This document shows positions 36,342 through 46,068 of a stretch of 49,275 bases of DNA, piece by piece (positions within the stretch are counted from its first letter, which is position 1; each line of letters begins with the position of its first letter). The notes under the pieces were generated by a model. That model had not been told where the DNA came from, did not search any database, and saw only the letters and a program-made list of their open reading frames with translations. The stretch is from positions 8,589-57,863 of the forward strand of contig CAZWOH010000001.1 of assembly GCA_964635405.1 (NCBI GenBank), written 5' to 3'. The stretch is from an uncultured Planctomycetales bacterium. Lineage in GTDB: Bacteria; Omnitrophota; Gorgyraeia; Zapsychrales; JANLHA01. The position numbers were made by a program, and so were the translations under genes.

Positions 36342-37406
36342 ATGCGTTTTATTGGCTGTAAGAATAATATATTAGAGCAAATTTATGAATTTATTTTATC
36401 TAAAAAGATTTATGGTGGCACTTTTTTTGATATTTTTAGCGGGACAACGAGTGTAGCCTCTTTCTTTAAGCGCAAAGGATATCGGGTTATTTCTAATGAC
36501 AATTTATATTTCTCGTATGTTCTACAAAAGGCATATATTGAGACGAATGCTCAACCCGATTTTTCACGACTATTAAAAATGGTCAAATTGCCCCCTAATG
36601 GGGAAACAGCTCCTTTGAACAAGGTAATTAAGTACTTAAATTCCCTTAATGGCAATAAAGGGTTTGTATACAAAAACTATACTGACAAAGGAACGCAAGG
36701 CAGTGAACATATAAGAATGTATTTTCAATCCGATAACGGCGGTCGTATTGATGGCGTAAGGCAAAAGATTGAAGAGTGGAATGGTTCTGGTTTGTTGTTG
36801 GAGTCAGAGTATTTTCTTCTTCTTGCTTCATTAATTGAAGCCGTGCCTTCGATTTCAAATATTTCTGGAACATATGGGGCTTTTTTAAAGTTTTGGGAAC
36901 GGAGAACATTTAATCCATTGATGCTTAAAGTTCCGGAGATTATTATTAATTCGTACAAAGATAACAAGGCCTTTAATGAAGACGGTACTGATCTTTGCAA
37001 AAATATTGAATGCGATATTTTATATATTGATCCACCATATAACGCACGCCAATATGCACCCAATTATCATGTGTTAGAGACTGTTGCTCGGTACGACAAC
37101 CCTGTTGTATCCGGGAAAAGTGGTATGCGGAATTATGAAAAAATGAAGTCGCAGTTTTGTAAGCGACAAACAGCTATCGAAGCCCTTAAGAAAATTGTGA
37201 CAACGGGTAAATATAAGCATTTAATTTTAAGTTATAACAACGAAGGGCTGATGACGGATCGGGATATTCGACAAGCGCTTGCTTCTGCGGGAGCTACAGT
37301 TGAGAAGGAAGTAATAGAGTACAGGAGATATAAAAGTCACAGCCATGGCGATAATGGCAAAAAGAAGGTTAATGAATTGCTTTACTATATAAATAATGGA
37401 AGGTAA
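36342..37406 (+). CDS. N6-adenine DNA methyltransferase (D12/Dam-like class)
   Basis: N-terminal MRFIGCKNNIL and FFDIFSGTTSV (motif I). ILYIDPPYNARQYAPNYH (motif IV). Confidence 0.9.
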   Translation: MRFIGCKNNILEQIYEFILSKKIYGGTFFDIFSGTTSVASFFKRKGYRVISNDNLYFSYVLQKAYIETNAQPDFSRLLKMVKLPPNGETAPLNKVIKYLNSLNGNKGFVYKNYTDKGTQGSEHIRMYFQSDNGGRIDGVRQKIEEWNGSGLLLESEYFLLLASLIEAVPSISNISGTYGAFLKFWERRTFNPLMLKVPEIIINSYKDNKAFNEDGTDLCKNIECDILYIDPPYNARQYAPNYHVLETVARYDNPVVSGKSGMRNYEKMKSQFCKRQTAIEALKKIVTTGKYKHLILSYNNEGLMTDRDIRQALASAGATVEKEVIEYRRYKSHSHGDNGKKKVNELLYYINNGR

Positions 37407-37408
37407 AA

Positions 37409-38626
37409 ATGGCAAAAGACAAGCACGATCTTAATTTTCAAGGGGATATGTTTTCCACTAACACCTATTTCTTAGAAGAAGAAATCAAAAAATGTATTCT
37501 TAAAAACAAATTATCAGCGCACGAGAAGGAAATATTAGAAGAAATTAAAGAGATCAGTTTGGGATATGTAAAAAGCAAAGTCAAAATTGAAAAAAACAAA
37601 TCAAGGCTTGATGCCATTGATGCACAAAAAGAAAAAGTGCCGCTGAAAGGGCATATTGATAAAAAAGATATGGTCAAACTTCCTGATTGGATCAAGGAGA
37701 AGATTGACGATGCTTTTATTGTCGGGAAGTCTGGGAGGGTTGTAAGCGTTGGAGGCAAGAAATACCACTTGGACAACCCTTTAAATGATCTTGATGGTGG
37801 TGTTTGGACTTATTTTCTACGATCAGTGATAAACACACGGTATCCAGTATCTGGACCTGAAGGATTTGCGCATCATATCCGTAAAATACACCCCACGCCA
37901 AAGCCTCCGCAATTGATGCGTGATATTATCAAGTTTTTTACTAAAAAGAATGAATGGGTGCTTGATTATTTTATGGGTGTCGGCGGGACACTGCTTGGTG
38001 CATCTTTGTGTGATCGGAATGCAATAGGTATTGATTTAAATAAAAAATATATTGAGGCATATAAGAAGGCTTCAAAAGAACTTGGGTTGAAAGAGCAGGT
38101 TTGTTTGTGCGGTGATTCCTTGGAGATTTTAAGCTCATCTAAAATATCGGAAATTACAAGGAATGACAGAATATCGCTAATCTGTATCGATCCTCCTTAT
38201 GGGGATATGATGAGCAGAAAGAAGACAGGAGAGGCGGCGAAAAAAAAGCTTTCTACAGAATCAACGCCATTTACCGATCACAGCCAAGACCTTGGGAATG
38301 TTAGCAAGGAAACGTTTTTAACGTTACTGAGAAAATCTGTTGAGGGCGCCATTAATTATTTGAAAGATAAGCGCTACGTAATTGTTTTCACAAAAGACTT
38401 TCAGCCTTCTGGAAAGGATTTAAATTTATTGCATTACGATATTATCAAAGAACTCAGCGGGATTACAGGATTGAACTATGTAGGAATGAAAATATGGGCG
38501 GATGAAAGTATTAATTTATATCCTTATGGTTATCCGTATGCTTTTGTTCCAAACCAATTGCATCAATATATACTTGTTTTTAGAAAAGAAGCTCAAGTGG
38601 ATCGTAAGGCCGCTAAGGCATCTTGA
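37409..38626 (+). CDS. Second DNA methyltransferase (N6A/N4C type)
   Basis: VLDYFMGVGGTLLGA (motif I-like) followed by ISLICIDPPYGDMMS (motif IV). Confidence 0.8.
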   Translation: MAKDKHDLNFQGDMFSTNTYFLEEEIKKCILKNKLSAHEKEILEEIKEISLGYVKSKVKIEKNKSRLDAIDAQKEKVPLKGHIDKKDMVKLPDWIKEKIDDAFIVGKSGRVVSVGGKKYHLDNPLNDLDGGVWTYFLRSVINTRYPVSGPEGFAHHIRKIHPTPKPPQLMRDIIKFFTKKNEWVLDYFMGVGGTLLGASLCDRNAIGIDLNKKYIEAYKKASKELGLKEQVCLCGDSLEILSSSKISEITRNDRISLICIDPPYGDMMSRKKTGEAAKKKLSTESTPFTDHSQDLGNVSKETFLTLLRKSVEGAINYLKDKRYVIVFTKDFQPSGKDLNLLHYDIIKELSGITGLNYVGMKIWADESINLYPYGYPYAFVPNQLHQYILVFRKEAQVDRKAAKAS

Positions 38627-39954
38627 ATTGTCTGTGGGGTATTTTGAGAGGTAAAAATGTCGCCCCTATCAGAAAGGATAAGTGCCACTTGCTGAATGTT
38701 GGTGATATTATTATTCCCGCCAAATAGGACGACAAATCTCTTTACTTGATATTCAGGATATTGAGGATTTATCCATTCTTGTTCAAGAGGATCGTAATCA
38801 TTTAATTCATCGAGTCCGTTCTGGAGATTTGAGATCTTTTTACCCTCGATTAATAGAATTTCTTTGAGTGTATGGTTGCATACAATTAGGTCTGGAATTC
38901 GCAGAGGGCTATCATTGGCATCTTTTTTGGGTAGAGCAACAAAAGCACCGTCTGATTTCCTAAAATAGCCACGTTCGCAACCGGCATGATTTTCATAGAT
39001 GCATTCGGTTCCTTGCAACGATTCGCATATTAAATGGGTGAAGATAGTTGCAATTTTTTCCGAAGAGTTCTCATAATACCAGTACGTTTGCGCAGGGGTG
39101 TTATGAGGTATCGTTAGGCCGTCCATTCCTACGTTAAGTAAATTTAGAATGGCTACAAATTTGTTTGCTCGAACACCACGTTGATTTATATTGTGTTGTA
39201 TAACAGTTATATTATTTGTCCAGCCGAGCTTCCGTATGCTTTTCAGAATTAAAGATAGTGCGCCCATGTTTGGATCATGAATAATAGTGTGCGGCGCTTG
39301 CGGTTTGTCAAGCCTCCCAGATACTGTAATATGGGAAGTTGTTTTATTTATTAATATTGGGGTGTTCCCTCTCGGTGGGCGGCGCATGTTGTTCTTAAAC
39401 GAGATCAGCTCATCGATAGATGAGAAAGGTTTGAATATATTTGGATCAAGACGCCTACCTATAATTTCCACCCCTAATGTCAACAGCATTCGGGTGCCAA
39501 ATATATTGGTATCTGTAGAATGGTCGGCTGAGTGCGGAACCTGATAGTTGTATAGCATTATTTTCTTAACTTGAGGATAATAAAGATCAATGTAAACAAA
39601 TTTTGATCCCCGTTGATATACCCCGGTATTTCGTGATTCCTCATCAGTAGTTTTTGTTTCTTCTATTGCGTAAATCGGGGTTGAGGTCTCGTTAGGCTCG
39701 GAGTCTTGAGCAAATACTAGAAAGTCAACAAAACTTTGGTTGCCGCTTACTAGCTTTATGGTCAACTCTTGAATAAGGGGGGATGAAAACCCTGAGACCG
39801 CATAAGTAAAAGTAAATCTATTACTTACTATTGATGGCTTGATAATGAGGTTAGCAAATGATATCTGAGAGCGATTGTCTGAACAATATTTCTCAAGGAT
39901 CACTCGCAGGACGTTCTTTTTCGGGCGTTCTTCAGTTAGTATCCATAATTTCAT
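38593..39954 (-). CDS. Putative type II restriction endonuclease
   Basis: 453 aa, convergent with and 34-nt overlapping the methyltransferase gene. PD-(D/E)xK-like IPDLIVCNHTLKEILLIEGKK. There is no other recognisable domain. Confidence 0.6.
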   Translation of the reverse strand: MKLWILTEERPKKNVLRVILEKYCSDNRSQISFANLIIKPSIVSNRFTFTYAVSGFSSPLIQELTIKLVSGNQSFVDFLVFAQDSEPNETSTPIYAIEETKTTDEESRNTGVYQRGSKFVYIDLYYPQVKKIMLYNYQVPHSADHSTDTNIFGTRMLLTLGVEIIGRRLDPNIFKPFSSIDELISFKNNMRRPPRGNTPILINKTTSHITVSGRLDKPQAPHTIIHDPNMGALSLILKSIRKLGWTNNITVIQHNINQRGVRANKFVAILNLLNVGMDGLTIPHNTPAQTYWYYENSSEKIATIFTHLICESLQGTECIYENHAGCERGYFRKSDGAFVALPKKDANDSPLRIPDLIVCNHTLKEILLIEGKKISNLQNGLDELNDYDPLEQEWINPQYPEYQVKRFVVLFGGNNNITNIQQVALILSDRGDIFTSQNTPQTIQDALAALRST

Positions 39955-40097
39955 TTAAATACCTTTCATGTCGCCTGTTAAGGAGTTACGCAAGAGGGGG
40001 AATATGCATTGCAGGCATCTTTTTATTTTACCAAGAATATTATTGAAAGTCCATAATTTTGCTTGACTTCTGGCTATTTTCTTTATATAAGTATATG

Positions 40098-40206
40098 TGT
40101 AGAGTTAGTGTTATTCCGTCCCGAGTTGGAAGGGATAAATCCCGGACGTTAAAAAAGCAAAACCTTCGGCAGGTGCCATTATGTTCACCTACCGGAGGTT
40201 TTTTTG
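40098..40206 (+). ncRNA. Candidate short transcript, copy 2
   Basis: TTGACT (40063) N17 TATAAG (40086). Core 40118-40168 differs from copy 1 at 3 of 51 positions. The terminator stem is different but compensated: ccttcggcaggtg/cacctaccggagg plus T7. Confidence 0.3.
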
Positions 40207-40233
40207 TTTTTAGGCAAATACAGGAGGTGTGGT

Positions 40234-40464
40234 ATGGGGAAAAATCAGCATGTGGTAAAAACGGATGACGGGTGGGGTGTTCGTGGTGAAGGCAATTCTC
40301 GATTAACATCGGAACATCACACCAAAAGCGCCGCTGAAAACGCCGCAAGGCAGATTGCGAAAAATCAGCATTCAGAGTTAGTTATTCACGGCCGTGATGG
40401 GAAAATTCAGGATAAGGACAGCTTTGGCAATGACCCTTGTCCGCCAAAGGATCGCAAGCATTAA
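40234..40464 (+). CDS. DUF2188 family protein
   Basis: HVVKTDDGWGVRGEGNSR...ELVIHGRDGKIQDKDSFGNDPCPPKD matches the DUF2188 signature. SD aggaggtg. The track ORF opens at 40204. Confidence 0.85.
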   Translation: MGKNQHVVKTDDGWGVRGEGNSRLTSEHHTKSAAENAARQIAKNQHSELVIHGRDGKIQDKDSFGNDPCPPKDRKH

Positions 40465-40488
40465 TATCAATTTTACGAAGGGTACTGA

Positions 40489-41595
40489 ATGGCAAAACAC
40501 AGATCATTCAAGATTGAGAAATTTGTCACTGGGGTCAGTAGTGATCTTCTCAAGGCGTATTTTACCCGGAAAAACGTTCCGGTAGCCGATGGCTTTGTCT
40601 TTGACCGAAATAATATCCACGACTTCTTAGACGGCATTAGTGATGATGGGAAGCGGTCGTACATCGAGGAGGAGTTGCAGTGCATTAACGATGTCGCTGA
40701 TCGTGCTAGGGGATATCTTGAACAGGCAAAGCGGCAGTATAACATAGCGGTTCAGGATGATGAACCGTCCGAGACAACCGCTATGCGGGTTTTTCTCCAC
40801 AGTGAAGAAGCGTTCTCGCTCGCCTTTGATTTCTACTTATATGTTGTCTACTCCGAAAAATTAAGCCACCACAAATTTGATCATAACAACTGCAACTTCG
40901 CTGAGGAGCGTGTCGCTCAATTGAAGGCGGCCATCGAACAGCACTTCAAGGATACCGGTAAAAGCGAGCATTGTGATATCCGGTACAGAACCCACAACGG
41001 CAAGCATATTGTTTTGATAGCGCATGGCGATTACATGAAAACGCACCTTATATTTAAGGATGGGAAAGTCGATATTCAGTCGTTTCGCCCGGCCAGAGAG
41101 GATATGCTTGTTTTTGACACGAGGAATTGCGTATTAAGCGTGAACGCTGGCGGCTGGAGCGAGGCTGATAAAAAGCGGTATATCGAGATATTCGGAAACG
41201 CCATCCTCGGCATGGATCAGGTGCCTGAGGCGACGTTCAACAACACATTGGTTGTGCTTGATCCTATTAAGAACGGCACTTTCAGCTATGCCGGGAATGA
41301 TAATGTTGAGTCTGTCCTTCTGACAGAGGTGAAGGTTAAATGCCGGGGGACAAAGGTTATAAAGGTAACGATTAACTGTGGCGACGTCAGGCAGGCGTTT
41401 TCGGATTTAAATATATCCATGCAGGACGCTGAGTATGTGTCGGCTAAATTACGGTTTTACATTAAGCGTAGCGGTAAAAAGGCGAAGTCAATAACGGTCG
41501 AAATTAAGCCGCCGGAAAACACGAAATTACCCGAGAAAGCGGAAAAGGGGATTATTGAGGCGTATCTGCATGACAACGGAGTTCTGTTAACGTGA
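40489..41595 (+). CDS. Hypothetical protein A (368 aa), first gene of a coupled operon
   Basis: Long ORF with no motif that I recognise and no Walker A. Confidence 0.75.
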   Translation: MAKHRSFKIEKFVTGVSSDLLKAYFTRKNVPVADGFVFDRNNIHDFLDGISDDGKRSYIEEELQCINDVADRARGYLEQAKRQYNIAVQDDEPSETTAMRVFLHSEEAFSLAFDFYLYVVYSEKLSHHKFDHNNCNFAEERVAQLKAAIEQHFKDTGKSEHCDIRYRTHNGKHIVLIAHGDYMKTHLIFKDGKVDIQSFRPAREDMLVFDTRNCVLSVNAGGWSEADKKRYIEIFGNAILGMDQVPEATFNNTLVVLDPIKNGTFSYAGNDNVESVLLTEVKVKCRGTKVIKVTINCGDVRQAFSDLNISMQDAEYVSAKLRFYIKRSGKKAKSITVEIKPPENTKLPEKAEKGIIEAYLHDNGVLLT

Positions 41596-44243
41596 TGTTG
41601 AACTTCATTTTAAAAAGTATAGAGGTTTTTCCTACCGCATCGTTCACCGAGAGCGAGTTAGTGCGTATTTCAAAGACCGATTTTAATTCCCTGACAAAGC
41701 AGAAATATTTAGATCGCCTGAAGTATGACTACATGAAAGAGCCGTATTATTCTTCCGCTTTGGGGGATAATGGGAACGAACGGCAAATTAAGAAGGTTGG
41801 TGGCCGACTCTACGCATATTCAGTGGAATCAGCGGACAGTGCGCCTATCGAGGTGACAGAAGCGGATCTGAGGCGGTATCAGCTTTCATTCCCGGCTTTG
41901 TTCAATAAAATCCGCACGGTAAACAAGATCGAAGGCAAGTTTCAAGAAATCCCGGAAGGATATTTTTACGTAGGGTATAAGCTATATGACAGTTTTCGTG
42001 TCGGCTTTATCTTTATACCAAAGCTCGGGGACGGCAAGTTGGTCAAATTCGCCGGGTTAAAGGACATATGCAAAGATGACAAGGTTCTCGTTGTCCTCAC
42101 ACCATTCACGAAGATCGAGGACATCGTATTAAACTGGACGTTGAGTAAGTGCAAAATAGTCACGGCTCCGCTTGCGTCGTCGCTTGATTTCAAAACATTC
42201 AAGCTGTCCGTTGACGATCTCATTAGAGAATTCATGCCTGAGGGCGGGGCAACGGCGCTCACTAAAAAGCAGGCGAAGGATTATAAGGATTTTGATTATA
42301 AGTGTTACGATAAAATTCGTATTCCGGGAACCGCCCCTATGAAGCGGAGCAACGACCTTGAGGTAAACGGTCACAAAATCAAAATGCCGGACAATGCGTT
42401 CAAGCTATTTCTCGAGATGGTTGTTGAGCTCAAGAAGGGAAAGGGTGGTTGGTTGACCAAGGTTGTGGATGCTGGGAAGTATCAGATATTTGACCGGGTT
42501 CGATCGCCGCTTCAGGGTAGCTTGCTTGGTAAGGACGCAAAGAAATTTATTGAGAATAATGCCTCGAAGCAGTATCGAATATCGACACACCCGGATTTTA
42601 TTACTTATGAACGAAATAATCTATTAAAACATGCGGATTCGAGCGTTCAATCTCTTGCGAAAAAATTAGCTCGTAGAAAAGGGGTCAAAGGTATGGCACA
42701 GATTATTCTTATGCTTTTGCTATTGGCGTCGCCTGTATATGCAGACCAAGTTTCGTTTAAAGAAGTGAAGGCATATCTGGAGAATACTGTTCAATTGCAC
42801 GAGCCGGAGGATAAATCAATTAACAGTGAGGCGTACGACTATCCTGCTGTCAATATCGTTTCTTTGTGGCAGAAGTTGGGGATACAATTTGCGCCTTTAC
42901 AGGATAAGGATGACACGTATGTATTTGGGTGCAAACCCGGGCAATTGGAGTGCTTCTTGCCTTATCCAAAAGCGGATGTTATTGAGAACGGGAATGCCAA
43001 AATAATTCGCATATCGAAGTCTATCCCATGGGATTACCAATATCTGTTTTTTAAGAGAATAGGAGATGGGTATTTCTATTTCGATCATCTGGAATTTGAT
43101 ATGCAGAAATACGAGGAGCCCGAATTTACTTTCCTTGAGCCGGATCTTTTTGCAATAAAAGTTTTGAGCGGATCGGGAACGGACACAATTTCCTATACGA
43201 CAAAACTGTTTCAGATCTCAGATGGAGGTATTAAAGAATTATTATCTTTCGTGACAATGCATGAGCGACAAGGATGGGGCCTGTGTTTTGATGCGGCAAT
43301 AAATTCACGCTATAAATATTCAAAGGAAACGCTAGCGATTGATTTCGATGTCAAAGTTAAGATGAACGATAATAATTATGAGTCGAAGATTAAAGGCAAG
43401 TTATCGGAGCAACCAGTGATTCATGCCAAGAAAAAAGTAGTTATGATCCGCAAGCCTGAGGGGTTCGTTTTAGATAAAGACAGATCAACCACCACGGTTG
43501 AGGACATGGATAAATTGCATTGGGGCGGGTATGTTGATTATTATGATGCGTTTAAGGTTGATTTTGATGCACTCGAGCGAAGTAATCCTAAAACTAAGGA
43601 GTGGTTTGAGTTTTTCAAGAAGGAATTATCCGAATCTAAAGATAGCGAGGAGGTAGACGAAATGCCTAACAATAAAAAAGACGAATGGTTGAACTTAAAG
43701 GAGAGACTTGGTGTGACAGACGATGTCGTTGAGCGATACGGTGAGGCAGACATTGCGATGCCAGCCAGTGAGAAGGAATATGTCGATTTGGGCGGGAATG
43801 CAATTGCCATGATTAGGGCGGTTGCCGCAAATCGCAATGAACTTCCTTTGGCAAAGGCATATTTTCAGAATCCTGATGGGAAACAAGTAATGTTAAGCAA
43901 ACTGGTGATGAGTAGTGAAGATTCGACGTTTTCAGGAAATGAAATAACGGAAACTAAATTTGCTGATGGCAAAGAAAAGCGCTTTTCAAATCTTTCTTTC
44001 TGGCTGGTCCCCATCAATTTGATGTTGGATGATAAGGCCGTGCTTGGTGTTGATTTTAAGGAGAATCGGGAATCATTTATTATACTGCGTGGGCCTTGGA
44101 ATATTAATGCGCAGAATCGGGAATTTGTTAGAAAGTGCTCTGAGGGGAAGATTACGCTTCCTGAGCGATTGGATAGTAACATCGTAGGAGATTTCATTGT
44201 TCGGGAGTTTGTCAATCCAGCAATGGCTACAGAGGATAAATAA
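41592..44243 (+). CDS. Hypothetical protein B (883 aa) with an internal signal-peptide/anchor-like segment
   Basis: Start GTG 41592 or ATG 41595, overlapping the upstream stop. Residues about 355-390 read KKLARRKGVKGMAQIILMLLLLASPVYADQ. Confidence 0.75.
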   Translation: MMLNFILKSIEVFPTASFTESELVRISKTDFNSLTKQKYLDRLKYDYMKEPYYSSALGDNGNERQIKKVGGRLYAYSVESADSAPIEVTEADLRRYQLSFPALFNKIRTVNKIEGKFQEIPEGYFYVGYKLYDSFRVGFIFIPKLGDGKLVKFAGLKDICKDDKVLVVLTPFTKIEDIVLNWTLSKCKIVTAPLASSLDFKTFKLSVDDLIREFMPEGGATALTKKQAKDYKDFDYKCYDKIRIPGTAPMKRSNDLEVNGHKIKMPDNAFKLFLEMVVELKKGKGGWLTKVVDAGKYQIFDRVRSPLQGSLLGKDAKKFIENNASKQYRISTHPDFITYERNNLLKHADSSVQSLAKKLARRKGVKGMAQIILMLLLLASPVYADQVSFKEVKAYLENTVQLHEPEDKSINSEAYDYPAVNIVSLWQKLGIQFAPLQDKDDTYVFGCKPGQLECFLPYPKADVIENGNAKIIRISKSIPWDYQYLFFKRIGDGYFYFDHLEFDMQKYEEPEFTFLEPDLFAIKVLSGSGTDTISYTTKLFQISDGGIKELLSFVTMHERQGWGLCFDAAINSRYKYSKETLAIDFDVKVKMNDNNYESKIKGKLSEQPVIHAKKKVVMIRKPEGFVLDKDRSTTTVEDMDKLHWGGYVDYYDAFKVDFDALERSNPKTKEWFEFFKKELSESKDSEEVDEMPNNKKDEWLNLKERLGVTDDVVERYGEADIAMPASEKEYVDLGGNAIAMIRAVAANRNELPLAKAYFQNPDGKQVMLSKLVMSSEDSTFSGNEITETKFADGKEKRFSNLSFWLVPINLMLDDKAVLGVDFKENRESFIILRGPWNINAQNREFVRKCSEGKITLPERLDSNIVGDFIVREFVNPAMATEDK

Positions 44244-44246
44244 GCA

Positions 44247-44804
44247 ATGAATTTTCCGATTTTGACAAACAAAGAAGTAAAGACAAAGGATTTTGTTGAT
44301 TTCTGGAGTGGTTTCTACAACTATTCATTTGAATCATATTACGTTCCTATTGTCGAAAAAAAGCGGTTCTCAAAAGATGATCTGTCGAAGCTGTTTGAGT
44401 GGAAGAACGGCGGGAAGTTAGCGAAAAAGAAGCAGAAGGCGCTGGATAGCATCATCGCAAAAATCGGCAGAATTAATACCCTCAAGGCAAATTTTTGTAT
44501 TGATACATTTTTGAAAGAATTTAGTTTTGTCAAAGGCATGATATGGAAGATGTTCCTTTTACATGTTATTCAGCCGGATAACTATCCGATTTTTGATCAG
44601 CATGTTTACCGTGCGTATTTATTCATTGCTAAGGATCAACGAGCGGAAATCCCAGACAATAAGCACAAGCAAGATGTGTATTTCAAAGAATACGCCCCGT
44701 TTTTTAATGATTTGGCGGGCAAGGGTATCTCAAGGAAAAAGTTAGACGAAGCCCTCTGGGCATTTGGAAAATTTCTCAAGACGCCGTACGGGGGCAAAAT
44801 ATGA
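44247..44804 (+). CDS. Hypothetical protein C (185 aa), possibly OGG/HhH-like fold
   Basis: MFLLHVIQPDNYPIFDQHVYRAY and LDEALWAFGKF resemble the family annotated as 8-oxoguanine DNA glycosylase OGG fold protein. This is from memory and unverified. Confidence 0.6.
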   Translation: MNFPILTNKEVKTKDFVDFWSGFYNYSFESYYVPIVEKKRFSKDDLSKLFEWKNGGKLAKKKQKALDSIIAKIGRINTLKANFCIDTFLKEFSFVKGMIWKMFLLHVIQPDNYPIFDQHVYRAYLFIAKDQRAEIPDNKHKQDVYFKEYAPFFNDLAGKGISRKKLDEALWAFGKFLKTPYGGKI

Positions 44805-46066
44805 GAGACCCGCATCAGAACATATTTTTCTATTATCGTGGACCTTCTAAAAACAGGGAAGTGTCGTTATATGATTTTCAGGTTGAAGATAATACGACAA
44901 AGAGCTTAATCAATATCTTGGAGTTTTGTTGCCAAGCGGGGTATGAGGATTTATTCAATAGGTTTTTGGGGTTGATTAATGCGCCACGTCGACCAGTTGT
45001 TTATTTTAAGCTACAAAAAGGATTGAGCGATAGTCGCCCGGACGCTTTGATTGATCTTGCTGATTACAATATTCATATCGAATCAAAGGTCAGGGCGAGA
45101 TTGGATATTGGGCAGATCAAGCGTCATTTAAAAGATATCGGGAAGCAAGATGTATTGGTTGTTATAACGAATGACCGGCAGGATAAAAAGCATATAAGCG
45201 AGATTGGGGATCAGCGGCTCAGATATTTGGATTGGGCAGAAGTCCATAAACTTTGCTTAAAATCTATTGAGACAATCCGTGGCGATAGACGCATGGTTGC
45301 GATTCTGCATTTAATTGAGCAGTTTATTGATTACATGGAGGTTGTGGTTATGACCGAATTTAATGGATTCAAGAACTCGGATTTTGACTTTTGGGTAGAT
45401 CCGAACCCATATTACGTGCCAATTTTAAGAAAGAAGCTGGAGGCTTTGGCTACCATAATTAAGGAGAAACTTCCACGGGATATTGGGCAAGAATATTCCT
45501 TTATTAAGCCCGGCAATATAGCACGGAGCGGTAAGGACGAGCGGTTTGCGTGGGTAGCTATCAAGAGACCGAAGGATGGTAAAGATATTTTCAATCAGTG
45601 CAATTTTACGATAGAGGTATCAAAGAGTTGTCTTGATATCAACACCGTTGTGCGTAATGGCCGAACCCATCAAATTAGAACGCCTATCGGAGTTTTTTAC
45701 AATAAGATAACGAATAATCCTGAGAGATTCTTGCAGGTGATCAAGGGAATAAAACAAGAGGCGAGAATTGTGGTTTCGAGAAGGTTGCCACGGGCTGGAA
45801 AGCGCATTATGCCCGGGAACGAAAAATGGGTGAAATTTTTTGATATGAAGCTGAGTGACATCGCAAATAAGCAGGACGTGATTTACTTAGGAGACGTGTT
45901 AAAAAAGGCGGATAAGGATCCCGGAGCTCCCGGCATACATTTTAGATACTCGATTGACAGGGGATCGAAAGTGTTAACAGAGCCCATTAAATTGGAAGAT
46001 GAGATTATAGACACGATTACGGAATTTAAACCGATATTAGATTATTTAGAGGGAAAGAAGGATTAA
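44801..46066 (+). CDS. Hypothetical protein D (421 aa) with an N-terminal PD-(D/E)xK nuclease-like motif
   Basis: RPDALIDLADYNIHIESKV (D...ExK). ATGA-coupled to C. Confidence 0.65.
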   Translation: MRDPHQNIFFYYRGPSKNREVSLYDFQVEDNTTKSLINILEFCCQAGYEDLFNRFLGLINAPRRPVVYFKLQKGLSDSRPDALIDLADYNIHIESKVRARLDIGQIKRHLKDIGKQDVLVVITNDRQDKKHISEIGDQRLRYLDWAEVHKLCLKSIETIRGDRRMVAILHLIEQFIDYMEVVVMTEFNGFKNSDFDFWVDPNPYYVPILRKKLEALATIIKEKLPRDIGQEYSFIKPGNIARSGKDERFAWVAIKRPKDGKDIFNQCNFTIEVSKSCLDINTVVRNGRTHQIRTPIGVFYNKITNNPERFLQVIKGIKQEARIVVSRRLPRAGKRIMPGNEKWVKFFDMKLSDIANKQDVIYLGDVLKKADKDPGAPGIHFRYSIDRGSKVLTEPIKLEDEIIDTITEFKPILDYLEGKKD

Positions 46067-46068
46067 TT

